In this document: positions 25,710 to 38,617 of the stretch, piece by piece
Layout of the letters: each line of letters opens with the position of its first letter
How positions within the stretch are numbered: the stretch's first letter is position 1
DNA from: Lama glama
Lineage: Eukaryota
Assembly (NCBI GenBank): GCA_028534125.1
Contig: CM052816.1
Span: 17,424,001 to 17,488,000 of the forward strand
Direction of reading: 5' to 3'
DNA: 64,000 nucleotides
Made by a program: the position numbers and the translations under genes
The notes under the pieces: model-generated
The model's input: the letters and a program-made list of their open reading frames with translations, nothing else
Database searches by the model: none
Told to the model about the DNA's origin: nothing

Positions 25710-26683
25710 TGTATTGGTTTCCTGTGGCTGCTACTACAAATTACTCCATGTTAGGTGCCTTAAAACAGCAGGAAGGTATTCTCTTACAGTTCTGGAGGCT
25801 GGAAGCCTGAAATCAAGGTATTGGCTGGCTGCACTTCTCCAGGGCTCCAGGGGAGTGTCTGTTCTTTGCTTCTCCCAGCTTCTGGTGGGTCCAGGCTTTC
25901 CTTGGCTTGTGGAGGCATAATTCCAGTCTCTGCCTCTGTCTTCACATGGCCTTATCTTCTCTCTCTCTCAAATCTCCCTCTGATTTACTTTTTTTTTCAA
26001 CTTAGTGAGTGGTTTACTATGTTAGAGTAAATCAACATTGGGGGAATATTATACAGCCATTATGCAGTGATGACTTCACATAGGCATGGAGAATGTTTAA
26101 GATCTGGTGTTTAAGTAGCATATACACTGTTATATATATAAGAGATAAAGGCATCCCATTTGGAAATGACTGCAAAAAATGAAAATAACTATGTTTGGAG
26201 AAATTAATTATATACTTATTTGGTAATATTTCCTTAATCTTGTGATACTATCTTTTAATTTTTCTTAGAAGTTATTGTGGTTACAGAGCAATGGTTCTTT
26301 GGGATCACCTAATAAATACCTACTAAATTCCACAGAAGCACCAAGCTTGGCCAACCTACAGTGGCCCCTATGACTCAGTTACAAGGCCATCTAAATGGAT
26401 GGAGTCTTCACAGTGGAGACACAGAGAGTTCTAAGGCACTGATTGGCTGATGGTTCTCTTCTGTAATAGTGCATTTTGTTTGCTGACTTAGTTCTACAAT
26501 CTGCTTTACTCTTGTAAGGACATTTGTCATTGGATTTAGGGCATGCCTAGATAATATAGCATGATCTCATCTAGAGATCTTAATTACATCTTCAAAGACC
26601 TCGTTGTCACATAAGGTCACATTCCCAGATTCTGGGGATTAGGACACAGACATACCTTTTGGGGGGGCCCTCAACCCACTATA
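25710..26683 (-). mobile_element. MLT1 (MaLR) LTR split by an insertion
   Basis: TGTATTGGTTTCCTGTGGCTGCT...TCTTACAGTTCTGGAGGCTGGAAG in the left part; resumes at ~26500 with TAAGGACATTTGTCATTGGATTTAGGGC...CAACCCACTATA. Confidence 0.85.
25990..26499 (-). other. Orphan retroposed insert (~510 bp) with poly(A) and TSD
   Basis: TSD TCTG(A/C)TTTACT at 25979-25989 and 26500-26510; T-run to 25997; minus-strand AGTAAA (TTTACT 26013-26018). Confidence 0.7.
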
Positions 26684-27251
26684 GGTGTCAAGGGCAGAAG
26701 GAGGGAGACCGGTAAAGAGGCTACTGCAGCAATCCAGGCAGGAGGTGATGATGGCTTAGCCCATAGTGGTACCGGGAGAAACTGTGAAAAGCCCAAAAGA
26801 TCTGATGACTGTTGGGATGTGGGTGTGAGAGAAAAAGGAGTCAGGATGATGTCAAGTTTTTTGCGTGAAAAATTGAAAGGATGGGATTGCCTTCCACTGG
26901 ATTGAGGAAGGCTGGTGGTGGAGAAGATTTTTGTTTCTGTGATTAGCTGTTTGAATATTTTTGGTAGGTGTAGATCTGGAGGTCAGTCTTTGACACGTAA
27001 GGTTGAAGCGTCTGTGGGGCGCTTATGTGGAGATATGAAGCAGGCAGTGCTATTTACAAGTCTGAAACTGAGGGGGCACATCTAGACAGGGATGTGAATT
27101 TGGGAATTGTCAGTGTATGGAAGGTATCTAAAACTCCAAGACAAGACGAAGTTTCTAAATCTCAAGGAATCAGGGTTCAGCTGTGTGGGAAACTGTGGGA
27201 TCCAGTTTGTCTGTGAAGGATGATCTTATAGTCGATGGGATGAGACCCTGA

Positions 27252-27405
27252 AGTTCTGGTCTTCCTCAGACCAGCAACATTGACATCACCTGGGAGCTTG
27301 TTAGAACTGCAGAATCTCAGACCCCGCCCAGACCCACAGAATCAGAAACAGCATTTTACAAGATCCCAGATGATTTGAATGTACTTGAAGTTTGAGAAGT
27401 GCTGG
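27252..27405. mobile_element. MER5A-like hAT element (relatives near 6.9, 48.85-48.98, 51.95-52.12 and 60.72-60.92 kb)
   Basis: CATCACCTGGGAGCTTGTTAGAACTGCAGAATCTCAGACCCCGCCCAGACC. Confidence 0.85.
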
Positions 27406-28319
27406 TCTTATCAGTATAATTACTGACCTCACTTGGGGTGTTTCAGGCATGGGCTTAATTTAGAGTTTCTGGAACATTAAGCATGCCTGCTGGGGTGAGA
27501 AAAAAATATAAGGAACGTTCTATAGGAAAGGGCCAAACTTTTGTTCTAGTGACATCCCAGCCCCTCCATCATTGCAATCTAAAAAGCAGCCCCCCACCCC
27601 ATGGCCCAGCAAGGTGCATCAGCTTCAAGGGAAACAGGTGTGTGGAACATACTGGGAGGTGAGAAGTGATCCTAACTCCAGGCTTTTCATGGCAAGGAGT
27701 CTGTGTGCTGGTCCTTCTCTTCCTCCAGTCTCAGTTCTCCACTTCCCCATGCAATGATTACAACTTTCACAGCCCTTAAGGGTCTATAGGCTCCTCAGGT
27801 GAGCAGAGTAAGTTTCTTGACAGATAACATGTGATTTCTCTAAAAGTCTTAAAAACATGTAGTTTGGAAGGCAAGTTTACCTTTCCCCCCTATGGTTCAG
27901 TGTTGTATGTGCCAGAATAATCAGTAAGTCTTTGTGTGTGGAGGTAAATGGACTTATTTTAGATGCTGTCTTCTGAGAGGCTGGCTCACAGCCTGAGTAC
28001 AGAGGTTCTGAATTGATTAATTTTAGCCTGTAATTTAGAAATTTACTTTCAAATATTTGATTTATGGGGGTTGTTGAGTATGTCTTGCTATATGTAGGAG
28101 ACCCATTTCAGAAGGCTTCTCCTTAACTGTAACTTCTAGAAATCAAGCTGTATTTCCCCATGAACCTGTGTGATGGTTCTAGAGACACTTTGCCCCCTTT
28201 TCTGAGTAAGGCACAAGCAGAATTCACCCTAGCTGCCAAAGTAAAGGCAGGTCTACTAGTAATAAATTGACTCAATTTTTGTTTCTTTGAGAAAGTCTTT
28301 TTTCCCCTTCACTTTTGAA

Positions 28320-28425
28320 GGATAATTTTGTAGGATACAGAATTATAGGATAATTTTGTAGGATACAGAATTATAGGTTGTAGGATACAGAATTATAGGA
28401 TAATTTTGTAGGATACAGAAATATA
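28320..28425. repeat. Tandem repeat, 28-bp unit GGATAATTTTGTAGGATACAGAATTATA, 4 copies (third lacks 6 bp)
   Basis: Units at 28320-28347, 28348-28375, 28376-28397 and 28398-28425. Confidence 0.95.
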
Positions 28426-28960
28426 GGTTTTTGTTTTGTTTTGTTTTTTCTCTCTCTCTCAACACTAAATATTTCACTTTACTCTCTTCTTGTGTGAATG
28501 TTTTTTAAGAATTTAGATTTAATTTGTTCCTCTATAAGTAAGTTTTTTGTTTGTTTGTATTCTTTCAAGATTTTTTTCTTTAGCTTTGATTTTCTTCATT
28601 TTGAATATGATCTACTGAGGTGTGGTTTTTTGGACATTTATTCTGCTTGGTTGTCTCTCAATTTCCTGGATTTGTGGTTTGGCGTCTGACATTAATTTGA
28701 GGCAAAATATGAATCATTGTTATTTCATGTATTACTACTGTTCCTTTCTTTCTCTCTTTTCCTTTTGGTTTTTCCTGTTATATGTGTGCCACACCGCTTG
28801 GAATTGTCCTACAGTTCTTGGATATTCTGTTTCAGTTTTTTTTCAGTCTTTTTTCTTTTGGCTTTTTAAGTTTTGAAACTTTCTATTGACATATCCTCAA
28901 GCTCAAAGATTCTTTCCTAAGCCATATCCAGTCTACTCATAGCCCATGGAAGGAATTCTT

Positions 28961-29112
28961 GTTTTGTTTTGTTTTGGTTTGGTTTTGGTTGGGGCATGGG
29001 AAGTAATTAGGTTTATTTATTTATTTATTATTAATGGAGGGATTGGGAATTGAACCCAGGATCTTGTGCATGCTGAACATGCACTCTACCACTGAGCTGT
29101 ACCCTCCCCACC
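28961..29112 (-). mobile_element. Vic-1-like tRNA-derived SINE inserted in L1 ORF1
   Basis: The minus strand reads GGGGAGGGTACAGCTCAGTGGTAGAGTGCATG...GGGTTCAATTCCC (A and B boxes); short TSD AATTCTT. Confidence 0.88.
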
Positions 29113-32100
29113 GAAATTCTTTATTTCTGTTACAGTGTTTTTGACCTCTAACATCTCTCTTTTATTCTTTCTTAGAATTTTCATCTCTCTGTTTATGCTG
29201 TCCATCATTTCCTGCATGTTATTCACTTTTCTAATAGAGGTCTTAGCATATAAATCAGAGTTTAAAAAAATTCTTGGCCTGATCATTTCAACATTTGTGC
29301 CATTTCTGACTTCAGTTTTGATGCTTGTTCAGCCTCTTCCAACTGTGTTCTTTTGTGTTTTAGTATGCCTTGCCATCCCTTTTTTCTTGATAGCCAGATC
29401 TGATGTACAGGGTCAAAGGAACTGCGATAAACAGGTCTTCAGTAGGGTGGTGGTGAGGGGTGGAGAAACAGAAGTATGCTATAGTCCTATGATTAGGTCA
29501 CAGTCTTTTCATGAACTTGAGTCCCTGAACTGTGAACTTCACAATGTGTCTTAGAACACCCCCCCCCACCCCGCACTTATGTGAGACAAGATGGTTAGAG
29601 GGGGCTGAGAGGTGTATTTCTCTTCTCAGATGTAGAAGACTGGAGCAGGTTGGAGCTGGTGTTTCCCTCCCTCAGGTCAGTTGGGCTCGTGTGGGCAGGC
29701 CTTGTTAGAACAGAATGCACTGGTGTATTTCAAAATGCTACCTCTCCCTCCCCTGCTGGAGCGATGACTCTTTCCCCCTCACTGTGAGCTTGCCTGGAGG
29801 GAAAAGTCGCAGATGCGAGGACCTCCCTGTGACTGGGCCCTGCTAGGGGTTTAACTCTCAGACTTGTCCACTGTGATCCTTTAGTACTTCATCAGTAACA
29901 GCTCAGGTTTTCTTATCCCAGGACTTGTTCTGCAGAGGTTTCTGCTTGTTGAGTTTCTCCTCCTCTGAGCTGTGATTTTCTGCCTCTGCCTGTCTGTCTC
30001 TCCAACGTGGGGTGCAGTGGTCTGCCCTGTGACCTCACTTCTCTGATAGACCTAAGAAGAGTGGTTGATTTTTTCGGTTTATTCAGCTTTTTACTTGTTG
30101 TTAGGACTGGGGTGATGGCTCCAAACTCCTTACATGCCAGACCAGAAACTGGAAGTCAGAGGGTGGCCTTTGCTGTATTTAAATGAGTTCAGTTCTAGGC
30201 AAACCAAGATGGTGGTTCACCCTACTGGGGAGTGCAGAGACCTGGATCTTCTTGTGGCTCTGGAGAGTTCCCCTGGGCATGATCAAGGTCTTGAAGCCTC
30301 TGTTTCCTCTCCTGTGAAATGAGAGGGTTGACTTTGAGCTTCTTTCTAGCTACTTTTTCCGCACATAGCATCTGGTTTTCTTTATGTTGGGTACTTTTAA
30401 GGCAAGGCGTTTCTGGACCTAAGCTAATGGAGTCTCCTTGCTAGGAGGTGAATTTTAAATTCTCTTGTTAAACTCTTTTTTTTTTTTTTTGACTTGGAAT
30501 AATCTTGGTTCAGGAAGGCACAGTGACCCTTTGCTCTCAGAGAAAGGGCTTCCCTGCTGCTCTTACCCATTGTGATGTTTGTTACACAGCAGGGTTTTTT
30601 CCGCCCCATTGTCACCATGTATTTGAAAACAGAACAATCCTTGTTAAGAATGGCCTTAGGATCTTCTATCTCTTTATGTTAAATTGGATGTGAAGGATCC
30701 AAAGTAGAGGTGGGAGTGAGGTGGGGGTGTGATGTTAAGGTCTGGCCCACCCTGTGAGCTGAAGACACAAGTCTTACAGGACAGCCTCTGGTTTATTTCT
30801 TTCCAAATACCTTTCAGTCCCTGCTTCTCCAATTATTCCATGGTCCCTGATTTGCCCAGCAACATCATCAGAAACATTAAGTACATCATTATCTTCCAAA
30901 GGCCACAGCAGAGAAAGAGCTAAGAGAATTTTTATGAAATTGTAATGCGCCCACTTGAACACAAACCCTCATTTCCTGAAGTCTAGCTCTAGTTTGAAGA
31001 ATTGCCTGATTTATTTTAAAATTGAATTTTGCTGTCAGAGAAGCTGCCAATACTTACTGCCGCCGTTGGTATTTTTCTTTACGTATTTTAGTCTTAGCTC
31101 TTCAGTATAAAAAGCTCTCTCCCTCCTTCTCTTCCAAGAGTTGAGTCTCAACTGCGTGACCAGATTGTACAATTTTGCATGGGTTTAAGGCTTCGCAGGG
31201 AAGTGGAGATGTGCCTGGCTCATTATCTCTTTTTGCAAATGACAGATTTTCCAGTGTCTACGAGACCTAGGGAGACTATTCTAAATTCTAAAAAGTAGAA
31301 GGGTTCTTAAGAGGTTTCCTGCTCTAACTCTCTGTCCACTGGCAGGATTGCGTTCAAGCCATTCCAGGTAGAAAAGGGGATGTCACAATGTGCTTTGGGA
31401 ATCATTTTATTCTCTAGAGGGTCTTGACAAGGTCTTTAATTTCAAGCCAGTTCCACCAACAACTATAGATGACAACACTGTGTAATAGGGATGGTTTCAC
31501 GTACTTGGAATACAGCAGGGAGCAGGGCAGGGGAATAAATGAGAAAACCAGGGATTGTTTCAGGAAAATGAAACAGAAACACGTGGTAGAGGGGCTCGGG
31601 GTTGATACAGCTTGTGAGAGAATAGGCAACAGAGGGGTGGGTTTTGAAAGTGGTGATATTTAAGAGGAGTTCTGGATGACAAGTCATTTAGCTTCTCTCC
31701 TACAGACAACTGGCAACCAGTGAAAGTTTCCCGATTGGGTGACCACAGTGCAGTGTAGTCAATAAACTATGACCCCACCTAGATAAGTGGACATGTTTTA
31801 TTTTCTTAAAAAAAATCTCTGTAAGGTAATCGTTACTCCCATTTTATGCATAAGAACACTGAGAGTCGGAGACCCCCCACCTTGTGCCTGAGGGGACCTA
31901 CAGTCCCTTATTGCTTTTGATTTCACACAATGAGATTCTTTTCCTTTGTTCATTCCTTTCCTTTGCCCAAAGTCACACATAGTCAAAGGAACCAACTCTT
32001 CTGTACATGTTGCTGTTTGACCTTGGGTCAGTCATCTTTGGGACCAGGTTGCCCATCTGTAGATGGACGAGGTGCCCTCAAGAGACCTCCCAGACTTTAG

Positions 32101-34416
32101 ATGTTTTAGAAATCCAACCTTACACTGTGCCCCTTTTAGGCCTACCTACTCAGATCATGTCACTCCTCACTCATAACCTCCTGAGGTTTTTCTCATTTCA
32201 TAAAATCCAAAGGCCTTGCAATGGCCCAAAAAGTCCTTCAGGATTTTGCGCCTCGTTCTGAACTCCCCTCCCCCCTTTCCCTTCCTTGTATGTTCACACT
32301 GGCGTTCTGGCTGCTCCCTTCCCCAGCGCCGTCACTCTCCATGTTTCTCCCGCTTGGAGTGCCCACACTTCCACCACCTACCCCAGCTCCAGCTGTGGGC
32401 TTGGTCCCTCCTTTTCTTACTCTGCTCCAATGTCACCTTCCCAAAAAGGCCTTTTTGGCTGACCTTGTTCAAACATTTAAACTTGTACCCTCCCCATCAT
32501 TCCCCATCCTCTTATCTTGCTCTGTTTTCTTCCTAGTCCTTATCTCTATCCTCACATATGTCTGTCTTCTACCTCCCCCAGACTGTGAGCTCCATGAGAC
32601 ATGTAACCTTGTCTGTTTTGTTAATTCTGTATCCCAGAGCCCTGCAAAGGGCCTAGCATATATAAGCATTCCTATCCAGTTGTCCCTGAATGCATTTTCA
32701 TGTTTGTGTTTTCATACAGTAGTATAAATGCTTAAAAGAGAAGGCTCTGGAGTAAAATTTCCCTAGCTTCTAAAATGAGTTCCGGTTTAGTTACTTTGGG
32801 CATTTTACTTAGCCCGAGCCTCAGTTTATTCATCTGAAAAATGGGAGGAGTAATCATACCTACTTTATTGAGTTATAGTTAAGGATTCAGTGAGATAAAC
32901 CAGGTAGTGTGCTAGTCACTGTATCTGCACATACTTGATGATCCAAAAAAGTTATTTTGTTGTAACCAATGTTGTTATTCTTTTGGTTCCCGCTTTTCTT
33001 TTTGCTTGATCTTGTTCCATGTGCACAATAGCGAGGATCATTTTGGGGATCTACAGAATCTTATCCTAGTGATCTGTGACACTTGGCTTAGCTGTTTCCT
33101 ATGTGGATGGTTCCAAGTTTTTTTCCTTCATTATAGGGTCATGATTTGCCCCTTGGTATGCACTTTTAGTCACCATTGTTAATCTGAGCTGTTTGGGATG
33201 CGGTCTTTTATTTGGGTTGCTGGGGGAAAGGCATGGAGCTGAGTTGTCTTGTCCTTTCTCCGTTGGGCTGACCCAGCTCTTCCAGCTCACCTCCAGTGGC
33301 ACCAGCTCAACACACATGCTCCTGCTTGTGGCTTTTCTGGCCAGATAGGAAGCTGAGAAGGGGCAGTGCACAGAGGAAAGGGAGGGGCTTCGTGGCTAGA
33401 CAGACCTGGGTTAGAACCTGGTGCTGACATTTCCTCACTGTGGGATCACAGTTAATTAACCTCTTTGAACTTCAGTTTTCTTGTTTAACAACGGAGACTT
33501 AAATGACCTACCTTGAAGAGTTGTTGCAAGGATTGGAGGTACAGTTAGAAGTGTGTCTAGAACAATGCCTGGCACGTAGTAGGTACACAGAAAGTGTTTG
33601 CTACCAATGTTGCTGTTGCTTGCAGACAGATGGTCTCTGCCCTATAGGAGGTTGGCTGATGGAGGAAGGTTGGTAAAATGTTAAGGCTGAGTAGTAACCT
33701 TGGGACACAATCTTAGGAAATGAAAGTTTCTTGTTACCCTGGAAGATGTTTCCTCCCTGCAACTTCCCCTTCTGGAGGATGATCTGACTTGATGAAAACC
33801 ATGTTAGTGGGAAAAGCTCCCTTTCCCATCTAGTATAACCCTCCTTTTTGTGGCCTAAGACCTGGAGCCTGTGCCTTTAGGTGTCTTGCCCAAGACTGCT
33901 GAGCTGGTTAGTGGTCGCTGTGAAAACATGAGCCATGGCCAACTTCCAGTCTGGCTGTCTCTCCTGATAGAATGAACCTCCAAGGTTCCAAGGTGAACCC
34001 CACAATGACCACGCACATCTTTCTCTTTTCCTCATTCCTCTATCTTTCTCTCTGTATTTTTACCATTTATTTTAGCACTTAGAAAAAAAATCCAAAATCT
34101 GCATTACAGAGGTTTTGAGTATGTGACACCTGGGGAAGAAGGCAGGTGGGACACTTGGTTGCTCTGGGGAGAGGTCATATTTGTAAATGTTGAGGTGTGA
34201 GGTGAGAGGGAAGACCAGGAAAGTGAGAGAGAGGAGAATTAAAAGAATTAGAAAGAGAGGATTATTATAATGGTATAGCAGAGTAGGTGAATTTAGAGAC
34301 AGAATGGGTGCTGAGATTTCAAAGAAAAGACATTTTTGGGGGTCTGGAAATCTTTATTTTTAATTACTTATGCTATTAGTACGTATTGGAAACCCAAATG
34401 AAGCTGACTTAAGGAA

Positions 34417-34473
34417 TGAAAGAAAGAGAGAAAGAAAGAAAGAAAGAGAGAAAGAAAGGAAGGAAGGAAGGAA
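34417..34473. repeat. (GAAA)n(GGAA)n microsatellite within a probable old MLT1 LTR
   Basis: Read directly. Confidence 0.9.
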
Positions 34474-35444
34474 GAGCAGGAGTATGTGGACAAATGTATC
34501 TGCTTGGTCACCCTCTCTTTATCTCCGCTTTCCTCCTTGTTGGCCTAATTCAACATCTCTTCCAAGAGACCAGCAAGGTGGGCACCCCTGACTCTTGCCT
34601 TAACCTCCTATCACCTTAGTACAACCCTGGAAAGGAAGAGCCATTCTCTTTCCTAATAGTTCTAACGAAAGCCCTTGAAGGGAGTCTTGTAGGTCAGGTT
34701 GGAGGCCTATGTGCATGTCTGGACCTGCCCGCCTGAATCACACAGGCTAAGAGAAGAGAGGAGGCAGTTTCTCAAAGGAAAAATGGGGTATAGTTAGTAG
34801 AAGAAAGAGAAAAGAATACTGAGCAGGCAAAAGCCGCAGGCCTCTGCTCCACTGATTATGGGCTAATGTTTACTCAACTGAACATTTTCCTCTGTGCAAA
34901 TGAAAGGGTGCCCCCTGAATGGCTTGTGTCAGTGAAAACACCTGACCTTCACAGGAATATAATTATAATGTATCACCTTTTATAATTTTCCTGCAACCTT
35001 TGTACACACCACAAACAGGGGAATTGTACATGACTATTGAATTTGAGTTCAATAAAGGATTTGTACCACCTGAATTACACCTCTACACACAAGATAGGAT
35101 ACATTAACTTAATTACTGTTGGATTCAATAACATAGGCCACTGCCCTGGGAATTTATCTTGTGTTGTACCCAGAGAGAGAAATTGCGCATCGTTTCTAAA
35201 GGCAGTCAATTTCCAATTACCCATGCTAATGGAAGAACACAGCATGCAGAGGCTCTAAGTACAGTTTCTGTTTGATTCAGGGGGTGAACATAATTTTTTA
35301 TTTTTCTACCTGAGTTATTTGTTTTGCTTGGGCTTAGGTAACACTTAAAAGAATGTGCGTTATCTGGGCCAACACCTTCTTTCTTCTCTTTTCCTGGGTT
35401 TATAAAATGTGAAGTGTATTTTATTTTTGGAAGTTGATGGTGTA

Positions 35445-36630
35445 ACTTTTTCATTTTGAACTAATTTTAGGCATATAGAATTCTTGCAAAATTAGTAGAG
35501 AGAGTGCCTTTCTGTTCTTTACCCAGTTCCCCTTAATGTTAATATCACACAAAACCACAGTCTAAAACAAGGACACTAATATTGGCACAATACTCTGAAC
35601 CAAACTGAACACTGCATCTGAATTTTATCAGTTTTCCACCGATGTCCTTTTTCTATTCCAGAATCTCACATTTATTTATTGTCTATCTTTTGTCTCCTCT
35701 AATTCTCGACAATTCTCAATTAAAAAAAATGTTCATAATCTTGACATATCTGAAAAGTACTGATCATTATTTTATGGAATGTCCCTCAGTTTGGTTCGTA
35801 TGATGTTTCCTCACGTTTGGAATGAGGTTGTGCATTTTGGGGGAAGGGGCGAGAGTACAAAAGAAATTGGTTATGTCCTTCTCATGCACCAAATCAAGAG
35901 GTCCAATGTCAAAACGTCTTATTACAGGTGCTGTTTGACTTTCATCACTTGGTTAAGTTGGTTTCTGCTAGGCTTCTCCACTGTAAAGTCACTGACTTTT
36001 TTTACTTAAAATCTTGATCAAGATATTTTGAAGCTATTCATGCCCTATTTCTCTTCAAACTTTCACCTACTGATGTTACCACACATTGGTAGGTCTCGTC
36101 TGCAACAGTTACTACTGTACTGTTTCAGTAATGATGATTTTCTATTTCCCTTTTTTCTACTTTTGTTAATTGAAATCTGCCGTAAGAAAAGATGTCCTTT
36201 CTCTTCCCTTCCTCCATCCCCTTCCTTCCTTCCTTCCTTCCTTCACTCATTCATGTCAGTATGAATTCACTAATGTTTATTTTATTCTATGGATTAAATC
36301 CAATACAGTCATTATTTATTTTGCTTCCAAAAATTTCCCAGGTTTGGCCGTTGGGAGCCCCTTCAGGTTGACTCTGTTCTTTGGAGACGCCCACATCTTT
36401 TGGAGCACTTTCTTACCTTCTGGCACTACAACATGTTTCTGGCTCATCTTCTACTTTCCTGGCTGTAGCCCTACTATTGACACTTTGTAAGGAGCCCTAG
36501 TTTCTTTTACTGGAGAATAGTGTTTAGAAACCATGACTGGGCACGAGGTCTGCTCATTGCTACTGGCATGTGATTCCTCTAGCCTGCTCAGCAGACAGGG
36601 CTAGGACGTCTCGGTGTGAGGACAATCCCA
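35445..36630 (-). mobile_element. Old L1 (L1MC-like) 3' region
   Basis: TTTTCATTTTGAACTAATTTTAGGC...; GGCCGTTGGGAGCCCCTTCAGGTTG...AAGGAGCCCTAGTTTCTTTTACTGGAG. Confidence 0.7.
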
Positions 36631-36649
36631 TGCATGTACCTACATCTGT

Positions 36650-38210
36650 GTAACTTGCACAGTGGGCTGATGTATGGTGTGGCCACGGTGGTGAAGAAGA
36701 AGGCTATTCATAGTCCCAACGACGTGGGTTTTCTTTCCCTAAGGTTGACTTAGCTCCTGCCACAGCTGAATGTTTGACCTGCCAGGAACAGAAATCACTT
36801 CTGAATCCTTTACATGAGGCCTCTTCCATCTTGGAATGGGCAGCATTTCATTCTGACTTGCACTGACACATACCCTGAGTTCCGATTTGCCTTTCCTGCC
36901 TGCCATATCTCAGCCAGCACCTCTGGCCAGTATAAGGATGGAACCAGTGTTGATGAACTGACGTGGGACAACACATAACAGTGCCTTGGACCAGGGCCCC
37001 ATTTTATGTCGAAGGAGTATGGCAGTGAGCACGTGGCCGTGGGATCCACTGTTCCTTTTCCGTACTGTATCATCTGGAAGCTGCTGGCCTGACTGAGGAT
37101 TGGGATGGCCTCTTGAAGGGGTAGCTGAAGCATCAATTTAGAGATGATATCCTGCAAGGATGGGGCAATATCCTTTGGGCTGAGTATACATCTCAAACCA
37201 ATGGCCATCATATGGTGCCATGTCTCCAATAGACAGATTACAAGGGTCTAAGAATCAAGGGGTGTAAGAAGGAGTGTCCCTGCTCAACATCACTCTCTCT
37301 GACCCAGATGGAAAATTTGCACTTCCTCTCTGCAACTTCAGTCTGTCCATCTAGAGATCCTGGGTCCCAGAAGAGAGATGCTTCCGTCAGGGTTCATGGT
37401 AGGCATTCCATTAAACTTAAGCTGCGGCTGTTGCCTTGTCACTTTGGGTTCCTCATCTCACACCAGAAGACCAGCAAGCGCAGAAAGGAGGAACTGATCC
37501 ACATCATCATAAGGAGGTAGGACAGCTGCTATATGATGGTGGTGAGAAGAAATACAGGTTGTAATAATGAATTCGTCTACAGAACAGAAACAGACTCGCA
37601 GACGTAGTAAACAATCTTATGGTTATGAGGGAGAAAGAGGGTAGGAAGGGATAAATTTGGGAGTTCGAGATTTGCAAATATTACCCATTATATGTAAAAA
37701 TAGGTAAAAGACAGATTTCTTCTGTATAGCACAGGGAACTATATTCAATATCTTGTAGTACCCTTTAATCAAAGGAAATATGAAAATGAATATATGTATG
37801 TATATGCATGACTGGGACATTATGCTGTACACCAGAGATTGACACATTGTAACTGACTATACTTCAATTTAAAAAAGAAAGAAAGAAACACGGGTTGTAT
37901 CAAGTGATCCCCTGAAGTCCCTTGGGACTCCCATGGTCAATCGTCACTGGAAGTGGGCACGTACAGCAGCCACAGGTCAGTAAGGGCTCAGACTCAGGGA
38001 TAAAGGTCTGGGTTGCTCCACTGGGAAAGTCACCTAGGCTAGCAGAAGTGTGAGACAAGGGGAGGGGAGGACAAGAATCAGTCATGACTTCAAGACCAAG
38101 GTCAGCAGCCACTCAGTAACCCTCCCCGTACCTGATTTCCTTGAGAGTGTCACCTATCAGAATCCTGCAGAAGCTCTGGGTGGCTGGGGTGACCTTACCA
38201 TGAAGAGCCA
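36650..38210 (+). mobile_element. Degraded ERVL/MaLR internal region with integrase remnant
   Basis: ~36678-36810 translates to CGHGGEEEGYS*SQRRGFSFPKVDLAPATAECLTCQEQK, resembling the ERVL integrase zinc finger (GHGG...CxxC), with an in-frame stop. Confidence 0.8.
37564..37882 (+). mobile_element. 5'-truncated L1 3' UTR inserted in the ERVL remnant
   Basis: 17-bp TSD AAGAAA(T/C)AC(A/G)GGTTGTA at 37547-37563 and 37883-37899; A-rich tail. Confidence 0.9.
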
Positions 38211-38617
38211 GTGGGTATGAGTGGTGCCCCTTCCGGGAGACTTGCCCTTGGCAGAGATACCTGGGGAGGTTATGCCCTCCTAACTTCCCCGCCTCCCCGT
38301 ATCAGCAGCCAGTGCCTTGGGGAAGCAGAAGACCAGCCCCACCAGGGGCACCAGCGAGGGGGTACAAGTCTGTTCCAGAGCTTTGTGAGGGACTGGGCTG
38401 GAGCTGGTCTCCTGCAGGGACCACACCCTTCTTGGCTTTCTGCCTCTGACCTCTCCTGTTCCCTTCACTCGCTTCTCCCCACAGCAATCTCTCAACAAAT
38501 CCAGTCCTCAAGGCTGTGACTCTAGGGAACCACCCTCAGATAATCCTGATTGATTATTTTTTATACAATTAATAGCATATGTTCCTGGCTGTTAGATACT
38601 CCCAAATAACATAACTT

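Larger units (their letters stand above)
25115..27150. mobile_element. L2 LINE remnant interrupted by a MaLR LTR (more L2 at ~5.7-6.3, 32.1-32.7, 43.5-44.4, 45.2-46.5 and 59.0-59.3 kb)
   Basis: Purine-rich L2-like motifs (GCCAGGCACT, GGAGCTTCTAGTCT, GGCTACTGCAGCAATCCAGGCAGGAGGTGATG). Confidence 0.65.
28245..30157 (-). mobile_element. Old L1 5' portion with degraded ORF1
   Basis: ORF 29086-29286(-) gives KVNNMQEMMDSINREMKILRKNKREMLEVKNTVTEIKN, resembling the L1 ORF1 coiled coil. Confidence 0.8.

Noticed and set aside
28320..28425. CRISPR-like array (28-bp repeats)
   Set aside because: No unique spacers, mammalian context, lies within an L1.
29035..29109. tRNA gene
   Set aside because: tRNA-like head with mismatched stems plus a SINE tail and TSD, so it is a SINE.
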